NCBI RefSeq assembly: GCF_018977255.1
Contig: NW_024704742.1
Span: 44,580,001 to 44,644,000, forward strand
Reading direction: 5' to 3'
Length of the DNA: 64,000 nucleotides
DNA from: Callorhinchus milii
Taxonomy: Eukaryota
Of this stretch, positions 37,715 to 49,959 are shown piece after piece. Under the pieces are notes generated by a model. The model was not told the DNA's origin. It saw nothing but the letters and a program-made list of their open reading frames with translations, and made no database searches. Position 1 is the stretch's first letter. The number at the start of each line of letters is the position of its first letter. The position numbers and the translations under genes are program-made.

Positions 37715-38120
37715 ATAAAAACTAATATTTGTATTAGATATAGTGCCTTATCACATCTGTGAAACATCTCAAAGCACCTCACAGGATTTCACTGTCACAT
37801 ATGATGATTGCAAGTTTGTAGCTGAACATTGCAGCCAATTTGTGCAATGTCCCATAAACAGACTTGAAGTGAATGAACAGATTTATTTGAGGATTCGTGG
37901 CCAGAACACCAGGACAAATTCCTTGCTCTGTATTAATGGTGCCAAGGGATCTTTAATATTTGCTTGTAGAGACACACAGGACTAGGTTAACATCTTGTCC
38001 AAAGGACAACACCTCTGACAATGCAACGCTCCCTCTGCAGCATCTTGATGTTACCCTGGACTGTGATCTCAAAGTCTCAATTGTGAGGCTGGAAATTGAG
38101 CCACCAACCTTAAGTCAGTT
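37715..38120 (-). mobile_element. Deu-domain SINE
   Basis: gtgccttatcacatc...ggccagaacaccaggacaaattcc...gtgccaagggatctttaat...ggttaacatcttgtccaaaggacaacacctctgacaatgcaacgctccctc. Confidence 0.8.
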
Positions 38121-38484
38121 TAGTAGATCAAGTACTAAAGGAATCATTATGAGGCAAGAGAACCGCTTTGTGAAGTTATTACTGGTAAATAATTGGTTCA
38201 GCAGATTGATGATAGATTAACTCAGTTATCATACTAGGAGAACATAAGAGAAATAAAACCATATTAGAATTATGTGGCTTCTGAGGAGTGAGGGAAAATT
38301 CTGATATCCCATATAAAATGTGTGTACTGAGCTTTTGGTGAATTCTGAACTTATAGGTGTCATCAAACCAAAAGAAGATTCAATTCCTTCTCCCAAGAAT
38401 AGGGGAAGAAGAGAGCGTGCATACATTTGTGTATTTTTCTCTCTCTCATACCGTATGCTTCTTTTTCTCTCCCTCTCTTTTTAG

Positions 38485-38964
38485 GTGAAGTCCTGTAGCA
38501 TATTGGTTAGAGGATTCATCTCACAAGCGAGAGGACCTGGGCTTGATTCCCTGGCAGAGAGAAATGTTAGGCAAGTTTCCTTATTCCACACACCTCTGTT
38601 TACCTAGCAATAAGTAGGAACCTGGTTGTTAATCAATTGGCGGATTACTTTTTGGGACGTCTCAAAGCACTTCACAGAATATGCTGTAAAGTGAATTGAC
38701 TGTGTATTTTGTGGGCGAAACATAGCAGCCAACTACGCACGACAAACAGTCGTGGATTGAAGTGACCAATTTATTATTTTTTTTTGGAAAGAATTATTAC
38801 CTTCGGAAAAGCAAGCCGCCAATCGATTAACAACCAGGTTTCTACTTACAGCTAGGTAAACAGAGGCGTGTGGAGTAAGAAAACTTGTCCAACACTTTGC
38901 CCTGCTGCGAATCGAACCCAGGTCTCACGCTTGTGAGGCGAGTGCTCTAATCACCGAGCTCCAC
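38485..38964. mobile_element. Two fused, inverted family A SINEs (plus-strand 5' half 38485-38653; minus-strand copy 38654-38964)
   Basis: A tRNA head sits at each outer end in opposite orientation. 38485-38653 is the reverse-complement homologue of 38807-38964. Confidence 0.92.
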
Positions 38965-39642
38965 CTGAGTGCAACTGTGATATTCTATTAGGCATTATAT
39001 GTTGCGTCTTGTGCTATGGCAGTCAATGCCCTTTCCCCCATGACAGTGTACAAAGACAGGATGTATTGCATAACAATGTTGTCTATTGTGACACAGTATG
39101 CAAAGGAAATCAATCATTTCACTGTTTACAAATGAACTCGCTGTTTCTGTTTGTCACTTTTAGCTCCATCTATTATTGGAACTATAATTTAAACAAAATG
39201 AATTGGATATAGGCTTACTGCTGTATTCAGCGATTGGATTGGGACAGTTTCGCTTGATCCATTCTTAAATACCATTAATCTTCAAAGAGTACTGGGGATA
39301 GCATAAGTTATTGTTTGCCCACAAAATGAAAAGTCACATCACTTTACAGTTTACAAATGAGCTCTCTGTTTCTGTTTGTCACTTTTGTGAATTGCCATGA
39401 GACAGCTCGACAATCTGATGATATTAAATGAAAATGCAAGGATTATTATTGCTATTAAAAGCTTATATTTTTTTCAAGTCTGTCCAAACCTTCAGCAAAT
39501 TGACATTATGTTAAGACTGAGAAGGAAGATTTATTTTTCTACAATGTATTATAAGAATAAACTCAGTTCTGTGAGAAAATAGCATTTAAATACTGGCAAC
39601 AAAAATATTATCATGAATTCTGGAAATATGAAGTAAAAATAG

Positions 39643-40023
39643 AAATAATAATAATAATCCTTGCATTTGATATGGCGTCTTATCACGTCTTTGAGTAGTT
39701 TCAAAATGCTTCCCAAAATATACTGTAAAGTGAATTGACTATATTTTTGTGGGTGAAATGTGGCAACCAATTGTGCACAGCAGTGTTCCACAAATAGTTG
39801 TGGATTGAGTGACCCAATTATTATTAATATTATTTTTTTTGAAGGAATTATTAGCCCTGGAAAAGCAATCTGCCAATCGACTAACAACTGGGCTCCTACT
39901 TACTGCTAGGTAAACAGAGGTGTGTGGAGTAAGGAAACTTGCCCATTGTTTCGCCCTGCCTGGGAACCAAACCCAGGTCTCTTGCTTGCGAGGCAAGTGC
40001 TTTAACCACTGAGCTACAGGACT
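39643..40023 (-). mobile_element. Full family A SINE, long form
   Basis: Head agtcctgtagctcagtggttaaagcacttgcctcgcaagcaagagacctgggtttggttccc; (ATT)n tail. Confidence 0.93.
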
Positions 40024-40024
40024 G

Positions 40025-40160
40025 GAAATGCAAATCAATTCAGCGAAAAGGAAAGACTATTTGATGTTTCTGGTGGGATCCTTCATCAGATCTTCAGCAG
40101 AGTTCTGGATGCCACTGAACCTGCTGTATATCTCCTCGGTTTTCAGTTTATATTTCAGAT
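40025..40160. mobile_element. Penelope-like inverted terminal-repeat remnant with decayed hammerhead core
   Basis: Minus strand 40089-40062 reads CTGATGA-AGGATCCCACCA-GAAAC-ATCA. The adjacent acctgctgtatatctcctcggttttcagtttatatttcagat matches other copies (reverse of 37606-37650; 62160-62205). Confidence 0.55.
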
Positions 40161-41149
40161 GTAAGTATTCCCTTACTCAAAAGCTGCTGCACAGAGGTCT
40201 CAATGAAGCCTGCAATTACCCTTATTAAAACTACTTTAACTTGAAATGGAGATCAAGTTGGTTAACATTTTTATGTAGTTTCCCTGTAACCGGAGGGCAC
40301 GTTATAAAATCACTATTGTTTGCATTGTAATTTTCCTATTATTGATTTAACATAAATTAAGCTATAACATATTCAATATTCTAATAAATAATACAAATGA
40401 TATGAATATTGTTACAGTAAAATAAGAAATTTGGTATATTTTTGTGTTCATCAGCCATTGATGCTTGACAATATTTGATTAAATCTGACAGCATCTGAAG
40501 AGATAAAAAAGTGAATTAATTTTGAAAGTCATTCAGCCTGATAGGACTAGATGGACGTTAAATATTTTGTACAGAGACAGAAGATATTTGAAAAATCTTC
40601 TGAGCCTAACAATCAGTGACTGTGCAAGCAGCAATGTATTCAGCATATGAACACAGATGGAAATTATGACCACACGTATCCGACGAGAAAGACCAGAGAA
40701 ATCTTAGGGGGAAAAGAATCTTTAATTATATTGCATGAACTATTGCATGAATTATTTTAACACAAAGGGCAGACGTGGATTTAGGCAGAACTAATCACAC
40801 AGAACTGGGAAGGTCTAAAGGGCAGGAATGTCTGAGATAACACAAGAATTAGCCAAACATAAATGTCTCAGAAATTAATTCAGTTTTAATTGTTTTTGCC
40901 ACCATGAGGTACAACATAAAATCTCAATGAATACTTTTTCGGATTAATGATTAATGCTTAATGCTTCCTCTGTACTATTTTGCAAAGTATTTGAATGTCA
41001 GTAACAGTTGACATTTGAACCTGCCTGCATTGTATGTGATGAGTTTCCATAATCAGGACATTAAAGAGAACATAGAAGAGAAACAGCTTTTCTCAGGCTT
41101 AAGAGGTGCACTTCCACCTAGTTACTTGCCAGAGCAGCATTGTTGTTCA

Positions 41150-41795
41150 AAGCTGGATGACCCAATGGTCCTCTCCTGAGATGCAGAAGGCTTGTGATTC
41201 AGGTGTCAGTTTGAGAACAGAGAGATTTTTTTCTTTTATGGGGGTCAGCTGACACATGTGGAAACGCATCATTATGCTTAAAAGTATGCAAACCAAGCTG
41301 ACAAATCCATGCATCCACCTGCACATGGAAATCCCAGAGATAGATTGTTGGAATGGAATGTGCACTCTCTCCCTGGAGGGACGAACCCTGCTTACCTAAT
41401 TCCTTGGCAAGAGCCAATGCTTGGGGAGCCCAGAGTGTGTATTGGGGCACTGATGGAGTCTAACCAACAAAAACCACATAGTTTGCCATTGATATTGCTT
41501 TCTGGCAAGCTTTCCCACTGCTTGTCCAGCTAGGACGACCCTTCCGATTAGGGTTTTGGCTTGAAGGGTTAACAAGAGCTGAGTGGGATGACTCTCTGCC
41601 CCCAGTGACTGGTCTGCCCTTCCAGGTCCTGCCGATGACCCAGACTGTGCTGGGCTGGCATCAGCAGTGCCCTGGAATACTACAAATCCACCTGGCTCAG
41701 GAACTGGACTTCCGACACCACCACATAGGGCTGGCTTGATTTCGACATTCCATTGCTAGGCGTGTCACCTTGGAGCCAGTTCAGCTCCAAGGAGA
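41150..41795 (+). repeat. Most complete copy of unnamed ~650-bp repeat (family X), possibly a SINE
   Basis: Homologous to 6110-6310, 22205-22375 (inverted) and 28980-29820. Weak tRNA-like start: gctggatgacccaatggtcctctcctgagatgcagaaggcttgtgattcagg. Confidence 0.75.
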
Positions 41796-43009
41796 CCCTG
41801 CTTAGATAGAGAGATATTTAAAGAGGGAAATTTGTTAAAGCTAGTATTTTTTCCCCATCCTTCCAAATCAACATATCCATTTAAAATACAGGTGGTGCGG
41901 CAACAACAGTACAAGAACAATTTACATTCATATAGCGCCTTTAACATGAGGAGGATATCTCAAAGCCCTTAAAGTTGGTGTCTCAACTTTAATAATAATA
42001 CTAATCCTTGTATTGCAATTTTAGGTAGTTGTCATGCATTCAAACACCAAAGAAACATTGCAAATTTCAATGCATCATATATTGTTTCACCCAAAGCATT
42101 AATTGAAGACAATATATGAAAGTCTTTGAAATTTACTGCCTCAGGAAGTGACAAGTTGACTATTACATTTAAAAAGCTGTGCAACAATGCCATTGCTATT
42201 TGGTCACAGGCATTTATGACATAAACAACATTTTCTACAGAAATCCCTCTGTATGGCACTCAGACGTGGGAGACTTATTGCAGGGACACTTTGAGATTCT
42301 CAGAAGCAAGAACTGTTTAGACCATATATTACTTAGTCAACCTCCAACCTCCAGGAGCTGCTCGGCTAGGAAGCATCAGACCATTAAATGTTGCCGTTCT
42401 ATTTTGCATTCTGCAGTTTTAGAACACAGTGACAATGTCAACTTGCATAATATACTGAAATTGGACTGGGTATTAGTGGGCAGAAAATTGTGTCTCCACT
42501 CAATCTGTTCATTGTGTTAGTGGGTGACCAGCATTCCTCCTCCTCTTGGCTCAAGAACGTTGTCATTCAGAGCTTCCCTCTCTCTCTCTCTCTCTCTTGT
42601 CGCCTAAAAGCTTTATTGCAGAGTTTTAGAAGTGTGTATCCTTCTGTGCTTAAGGTATGGTCTGACCCAACATGTCACTCTGTGGAAGATCCTTTGATGG
42701 TGGCTGCACCTAAAGTAAGAAAAACAGCATCTTACAAATTCTCAGTTCAAATATGATTATAGTATAGTCTGGTGGAACTGTGAGTTACAGTAGATTAGTG
42801 CCCGAGGTAAGAGTAAAACTTATAATGCAGTTAGAGTTTACCATATAATGGAATTTGAAGCAATATGTAAATCAAATTAATATCTCAATTGGTTTCAGTG
42901 CAACAGCAAAATTAGATTTATATTGAATTCATGTTAATATCACCACCAAAGTCCCCTAATGCTGAAACTGCCATTTAGTGGCAGCATGGCAATATGGGAC
43001 AATAACAGC

Positions 43010-43300
43010 AATGACTTAAATTTATGGGACCTAAAATACCCTTCACGTAGTGCATCTCAAAGTGATGCACCATGGAGGGGTAGGAAGCAAATTAAGGGAG
43101 AAGGGAGAGGGGAAGCGACCATAGGCACAGTCAAAGAGGTAGATTTTAAGGTGGGATTTAAAGAGGGATGAGCCGGAGGGGTTGAGGCAGGAAGATACAA
43201 TACAAAATAAAAATTTACATTTGTGCCTTTCACACCGGGAGGACATCCCAAGGCGCTGGACAATTAGGTGGGGAGGATTGGGATAAGGGAGGGTGCAGGG
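43010..43300 (-). mobile_element. Two adjacent L2 3' fragments
   Basis: G-rich ggcacagtcaaagaggtagattttaaggtgggatttaaag (reverse of FKSHLKIYLFDCA), followed by a second tail tttcacaccgggaggacatcccaaggcgctg. Confidence 0.75.
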
Positions 43301-43794
43301 TGGCCAAAGATCCAGAGGTTAGGTGTGTAAATCCTGTTATACCATGCCTTATTGTAATGTGGCTTTGCTTATAATGTGATTGGGTTGTGTTGTCTGAAAA
43401 TTAAAAATTAAATTCCTTCTTCATGCTTTAGTTTGTATTATTCTGCTTTAAACCCTGTCAAATAATGTTATTGTTCACTTACAAATGCAGAGTCACTACA
43501 CTTTAATCCAATCAAGCACTTTGAGACGTTCTAACAAAGTGATAAGGTGCTATTTCAAATGCAAAGATTATCATTATATATTATTTAATATGCTTCACAT
43601 ATGCTGGTTTTGCTTCAAACCTATTGCTATGCTTCACTTTATGTTGTTATTTTTCAGATCCGTTGTTGTCCTTCAAAACTCAATAGATTTTACAACCGAA
43701 TAACATCTGGCTGGCTTTCTGGGCATATGTAAGTTGATGTCATCGGTCTTATGATCTGTGGCATCATGAAACAGAGCACTGCACAGTGTCCACT

Positions 43795-44090
43795 CTCACA
43801 TTCAAATCCCTCCACGGTCTTGCCCCACACTACCTCTATGGCCTGCTCCAACCACACCAACCCTTCGCTCAGTGACCATCGGCTTGCTTCATGCCTCCTG
43901 CCCTATCCACCCCACCACTGGCGTGTTGGTTTTCAGCCTTTCTGCCTCCACTCTCTGGAACTCAATCTCAGAGTACTTTGAGCTTGCTCCCTCCCTCCCC
44001 TCATTTAAGGTACATCTCAAATTGTTCCTCTAAGTTCTTTGAGAGGTGCTTCTGGCTGAAAAGGAGCTATATAAATGTAAATTGTATTGT
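43795..44090 (+). mobile_element. Decayed L2 3' fragment
   Basis: ctcacattcaaatccctccacggtcttgcccca (LTFKSLHGLAP)...gaaaaggagctatataaatgtaaattgtattgt. Confidence 0.8.
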
Positions 44091-46017
44091 ACCCTGTCAT
44101 AAGACAGGCTGGTATTTTATGGGAGCTAAATATTGCCTTATAATGCCAACATCCTACAATTTGCTGTTGAAGTTATGAGCGATAGACATAAAGACTGCAG
44201 ATTGTAACAAAACACCACCTCACTATGTGATTGGAGTTTCACTAACTTAGCAGGCACTAGGACACGACAAAAGCCCTGTGTTTGGTTGTCAGCAAGTCCA
44301 ACACAAATCTGTCTTTCCGAGCGAGTGTCACACTCTAGGAGAAAGGTCAAACAATGTATTCTAACTTTGTAAATTTGATTCAGGAGGTCCCCATAGGAAG
44401 AACACAGTCGTTATGGAAAACCTTCAAGACGACAGCGACTTTATTATAAAACTGCCATTTCATATTTTCAAAATTTTCTGTAAATCTCTGAACTTACACA
44501 AACTCCGGCAAACACGAGACTTCCCACACAGTAATCCAGAGAGTATTTTTCATTTTTTCATTGTTCAGTCACATGCCCACACCTGTGCCTCGATAGATCA
44601 CAGGGGAAACCAATGCATCACATCAACCATCGGTCTCACATGGAACAAGCTCACTTCACATCAAACTAATTATGCTCACATGGATCACTTAATAGGTCAA
44701 ATTGGCATAAAGCTCCTGTGCTCTAATTACTTTTCCTGTTATTTTTTTCCAGAAACTTCTACGCAACACTCGTGTTCACACCAATTCTTTCCACAATAGT
44801 ATGAAAAATAACTGAAGTGAATGTACTTTGTTTGCCATTAAAGCAGTCATGATTTTTTGCTGGATTTGTTTCGTTGCAAGCGAATTGCAAAGGAAAAAAA
44901 AATCAAGGAGAGAGACTGTTTTACAAATGTGTAAATAAAATAATAATAATAAACCTTGCATTTGATAAAGCACCTTTCACATTGGCGGGCATCTCAAAGC
45001 GCTTTGCAGGGTATTAATATACAATCAAAAAAATGGTTTTATTTCAAAGAAACCCATTCCAGGGTAAATGTGTTGCACAGGTTAATGCTCTTCAGCTTCA
45101 CAGTAATGGTCCTTTTCCTGCACCGCACTTCTCTTTCTCAACTAAGGACAATGTACTCTCTATTGCCATTGCAACATGATTTTGATGAGTGCTTCTTTTG
45201 AAAAAGTTTTCAGTACCAGTCAGGGCCATTCATACACTTAAACTTTCTTGTACTCATTACAGCTCTCTAGCTGCTTGCACAAGCAGTGGGGGGTCTTTGG
45301 ATCATTCTTTCCTTGCCTAAAATGACAAAATTATGTACTTTTGCCAAGCACACTCAGCTCTTCATGCTGGGAGAAGCACGTTTATATTATCTGAGATCTT
45401 TCATACCTGCTCCAAATGTCAAAGCCATACAGCTATTGGTCCATGATAAATTAATTTTAGAAAACCTATACTTACTGCTGCCATTTCTTGTGATGTTAGT
45501 ATATTTCTGACACAGTAGTGTTTTTTTTATTACTCTCAATCTGCATATATTTGGCATTGTTCCAGAATGCCAGTCAACATTGTTCTAATTAGACAGCTCC
45601 ACACTGCTGTTGAGTCTTGTGTCTGTCATTTTACTTCTGTGCTGACAATTAGTTAAGAATGACTGTTCTTTCACAGTAGAGGGTTTTGCAAGCATGGCGG
45701 ATGCACCTCAGATACAGCAGTACTTTATCAAGTTCATAAGTGTGCACTATAAATCCCAAAAAGTAGGATGTCCTGGCTGGCAAATGATCTCTTTTAGCCC
45801 TAGGGAATCCAGGGCTGATCAACGGATTGTTGTCAACCCAATTATTTCTTGAGAGTTTAAATCATTGTCATGATCCTTAAACAGTCTACTCCAAAATCCC
45901 GGCAAAATTGAAGGATCTGTTATGAGTGTACTGACAGACTATTCCAGGTAGAGCAGGCAGACTCTGTGCATGGGATTTACAATAGCATATTGGTGTACAT
46001 GATCTGATGGAACACTA

Positions 46018-46395
46018 TAATAATAATAATAATCTGTGCTTTTGATATAGTGGCTTATCACATCATCAAAACCTCTTAAAGCACTTCACAGGATTTACAA
46101 CAAATTGTAATGAACTGTGTACGTGCAGGCAAATGCAGCAGCCAGTTTACACACAGCAATGTCCCACAAACAACTGTGAAATGAACGCTCAATTTTATCT
46201 TGGGGAGATGGTTGGCCAGGGCAACAGGAGAAGCTCCCTTCTCCTCAAATAGTCATTTAATGTCTACCCGAACAGGCAAACAGGACCTTGGTTCAATGTC
46301 TCATGTAAAGGCAGTACCTCTGACAATACAGTGCTCATCACCACTAGAGGTAAACCTAGTCCTCGACTATGCAAGTTCAAAGCCCTGACATTGGA
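46018..46395 (-). mobile_element. Deu-domain SINE
   Basis: (AAT)n tail, gcagccagtttacacacagcaatgtcccacaaac, and core gaacaggcaaacaggaccttggttcaatgtctcatgtaaaggcagtacctctgacaatacagtgctc. Confidence 0.8.
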
Positions 46396-46579
46396 TCACG
46401 TCTCTATTGACTGACTCATTGGAACCTAACTTTGGAAAGTAAAACACTTTCAGACATCTTGATGGTGTGATAAGGCACTATATCAAATGTAAAGATTATT
46501 ATATTGATATTCTTAGCCTTACCAATGTATTTGTTGTATTGAAAGAAGCAAAAACACAGTGCACAGCTGCTTATATAAA

Positions 46580-46731
46580 ATGCATCTTGAGGAGGACAAG
46601 TTTGCAGGGCTATAGGTAGAGAGCAGGGCAGTGGGATTGATTTGGGTAGCTCTTTTCAAAGAGCCGACACAGACATGATGGGCCGAATGGCCTCCTTCTG
46701 TGCTGCATAATTCTATGATGCTATAATTATG
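46580..46731 (+). mobile_element. CR1 3' UTR
   Basis: gagcagggcagtgggattgatttgggtagctcttttcaaagagccgacacagacatgatgggccgaatggcctccttctgtgctgcataattctatgat. Confidence 0.88.
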
Positions 46732-46774
46732 TGTGTTTATTGCTAATACAATGAGATGTATAATTTAGTTTTTG

Positions 46775-47173
46775 TGGCATGACCTCCCCAGATAATTATT
46801 TGGGGAGGACAAGTTTGCAGGACTATGGGGAGAGAGCGTGGGAGTGGGATTTATTTTGATAGCTCTTTTAATAATAATAATAATCCTTACATTTGAAATA
46901 AAACTTTTCACATCTTCTAGACATCTCAAAGCGCTTTGCAGAATAGACTGTAAAGTGAATTGATTATATTTGTTGGCGAAATGTGGCAGCCAATTGTGCA
47001 CCACAGTGTCCCACAAACAGTCGTGGATTGAAATTACCCATTATTGCTTTTTTTTGAGGGATTATTATCAGTTGGGTGGAGTAACGAAACTTGCCCAAGG
47101 TATCACCCTGCCAGGAATCGCTTTTCAAAGAGAAAAGCCTCCTTCTGTGCTGTATAATTCTGTGATTCTATGA
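46775..47173 (+). mobile_element. Second CR1 3' UTR interrupted by an antisense short-form family A SINE (46870-47120)
   Basis: gatagctctttt | (AAT)n SINE ...ccaggaatcg | cttttcaaagag...gcctccttctgtgctgtataattctgtgattctatga. Confidence 0.88.
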
Positions 47174-47244
47174 CATTGTGGGAATATGGCATTGAAACTA
47201 AATGATTTGCAGTGCACTGAGAATGGTTATAAGAATGTAAGAAT

Positions 47245-47430
47245 ATAATAATAATAATCTTCGCATTTGATTTAGCACCTTATCACATCATTGAGGTGTC
47301 TCAAAGTGCTACACAGGATATGCTGTAAAGTGGATTGATTATTTTGTCGGCGAAACGTGGCAGCCAGTTTGCACAAAGCAATGTCCCACAAATAGCCATA
47401 GATTGAGTGACCAATTTTTTATTTGGGGGA
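47245..47430 (-). mobile_element. SINE 3' tail
   Basis: aataatcttcgcatttgatttagcaccttatcac...gcaatgtcccacaaatagccatagattgagtgacc. Confidence 0.8.
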
Positions 47431-47964
47431 TTCTTGGTTATAGTATTATTCATAACATAGGCTCATACTCCATTTGTGCAGCACTTTTGGCATCGATTCA
47501 ACACAATATTTGTTTGAATCATTGTAAAAAGTATAGGCTTAAGCCCACCTATTAAATTTTAAGGCCCACTCCCAATACCAAAACCATCTCTAAGTGTTCT
47601 GGTTTCAGAATTGAATCAACCACAAACTCAAAATCAATCCAATTAATGGGTAGCCAATTTCAACAAACTTTTACTCTTAAAAGGTCAAAAGTACTTGTTT
47701 AATTTGAGTTAATTTGAATGCCACTAACGTCTTTAATGTTAGCTGAGCGCTGTAAGCACTTTCAGTTCTACAGCTACATCAAAACTTTACTGGCTTTGCA
47801 TAATTAAGCTCTTGAAAGAGCAAGAAGTATATATATTTTTTCTCCAATTTAGATGATTTTACAGGTGAATGTGAAGACAAAAGGTTTACTTTAAATCAAT
47901 ATTTAAAAGTTTTATCCTTTGTGGAAAAAATCCTTAAAATTCCTGGTTCTGTTTTCCCCATTAA

Positions 47965-48085
47965 ATAAGAACATAAGAAATGAAAACGAAAACGATCAAG
48001 GTCCATCTAGTTTACTTTCCACCTGCCTGGTGGTTACATGCACATATGTCCCGAACTACCTACGTGCTATATCCCATAATGTATA
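47965..48085 (-). mobile_element. CR1 3' UTR (family of 31180-32136)
   Basis: taagaacataagaaat...aaggtccatctag...tgcacatatgtcccgaactacctacgtgctatatcccataatgt. Confidence 0.85.
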
Positions 48086-48200
48086 ATACATATCTGTTAC
48101 ATTTCAAGGAGTTTGTCCTGGATGTTTTCGTTGTCATTTGTCTGTAGTGTTTTGCTTTAAAAATGATAAAACTGTAGACGTGAGTCAGTAGTCTGGTATC

Positions 48201-48692
48201 TTGATTTCAAGATCCTCATCCTCACCTACAAGGCCATTCACGGCCTTGCTCCCTCCTACCTCTCCAACCTACTATCCCCCTACCTACCTGCCCGTACCCT
48301 CCATTCCTCCGGCTCCGGTCTGCTCCACATCCCCCGCCCCAATCGCCCTACCATCGGTGGTCGGGCCTTCAGCCTCTCAGCCCCCAGGCTCTGGAACTCC
48401 ATCCCCCAGTGCCTTCGCCGCCTCCTCCCTTTCCTCCTTCAAGGCCGGTCTCAAAACCTTTCTCTTTGACCGTGCCTTCAGCTCCCCTCTCAACTCTCTA
48501 CCCCCTCCTCGCTCCCTCCCTTCCCTCCCCTCACCCTGACCATTTCCCCCTCCTCGCTCCCTCCCTCCCCTCCCCTCACCCTGACCATTCTCCCCCTGCT
48601 CGGGTCATGACCCAACTGTGCAGCGCCTTGGGACGTCCTCCTGACGTGAAAGGCGCTTTATAAATGGAATCTTGTTGTTGTTGTTGTTGTTG
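48201..48692 (+). mobile_element. Young L2 3' fragment with 45-bp internal tandem duplication
   Basis: Nearly identical to 13391-13831. The unit at 48501-48545 is repeated at 48546-48590; (GTT)n tail. Confidence 0.95.
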
Positions 48693-49959
48693 TACAATTC
48701 AAATTTTAATATCAAACTGCCAATGTTGATTTATGCCACATCACAAAATGATATCAAAAGGATTGGCAACGATGGGATACTGCTTGTAAACAGAAATGTG
48801 TAGCTCTGCTGATGGTCAGTTGGTCAGTTGGTGAATTTACTGTCCACTGTTGAACTGAATCACACAGGTGGAGGAAGAGCCCAAGTTTGATGAGCTCCTA
48901 TCATTGCTACCATGGGTTACTTTAGCTTGGTTTTGGACTAGGTGTGTCATAATTGGTCTCAGTCCACAAATGCCTGGGAGTGGGAAGGAAACTTTCATGG
49001 CTATTTGTGGGATATTGTTTTGTGCACGTTGGCTTCCACTTTTGCTTGCAAAATCCACAGGCACTCAACTTTACAATAAATCCTGTGAAAAACTTTGAGA
49101 CCTTCTCCCAACGTGAAAGGCACAAAAGCAAGTGTAAATTTTTAAAATTTATCTTCATTCATTTGTTTTAATTAAAAATATAAAAAATCCATATATTTTC
49201 TCACTGTTCCTGCTATTTATGAACTGAAAGTTGACTATTATTATGCTGTCAATAAAATGTAAGCCTTACATGTACCAAAGAAGTTGAACGTGTAATTTGA
49301 GGTAAAACAAAATTATGACTAGCTAGATTTTAAGTACTGACTAATACATAAATGTCTATGATCCTCACAAGTTATTGTATATTGTGTAAAAAACTGTTCC
49401 AAAAGATAAAACTAGGTGCATTCATGTGCTTGATGACCCACGGCAGAACATGTGAAGGTCTAAATTGAGAATTATAGCTTATTTAGAGTTAATATCCAGG
49501 TATTCCACAAAACACATGCATCTTGTGCAAAATTTAATCAATTCTGCGTCATTTCTTTAGTGTATAAACATGTCAGGCTCAAAATGTGTACAATGACTAA
49601 AGATGCACTTCAGCAAATCTAGACTCATATTTAAAGGTTAAACGCCGAGTGTTATTCTGCTCTCTGCACTAAATGTAACAAATTTATTGATCATCTACCG
49701 GCCTGTTCTCTCTTTGCTAAATTTTGCCAATTTGTCTTTTGTGTAGAATTTGGTATAGCACCCATAAATTTGAAATATCTTAAAGTGCATTAGAGTCAAT
49801 TATTATCAAGTGGAGTGACTGTTTATAATAATAATACTAATAAAATCTTTGCATATTATATAGTCTTATATCACATCATCAAGGTGTCATAAAGTGCTTT
49901 ACTGTAAATTTGCTTCAAAACCTCTGGGATAGGTAGAATTCACATGTGCGTTTTTGATA

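Noticed and set aside
44413..44799. 128-aa plus-strand ORF
   Set aside because: It has no recognisable motif and its composition looks like translated non-coding DNA.
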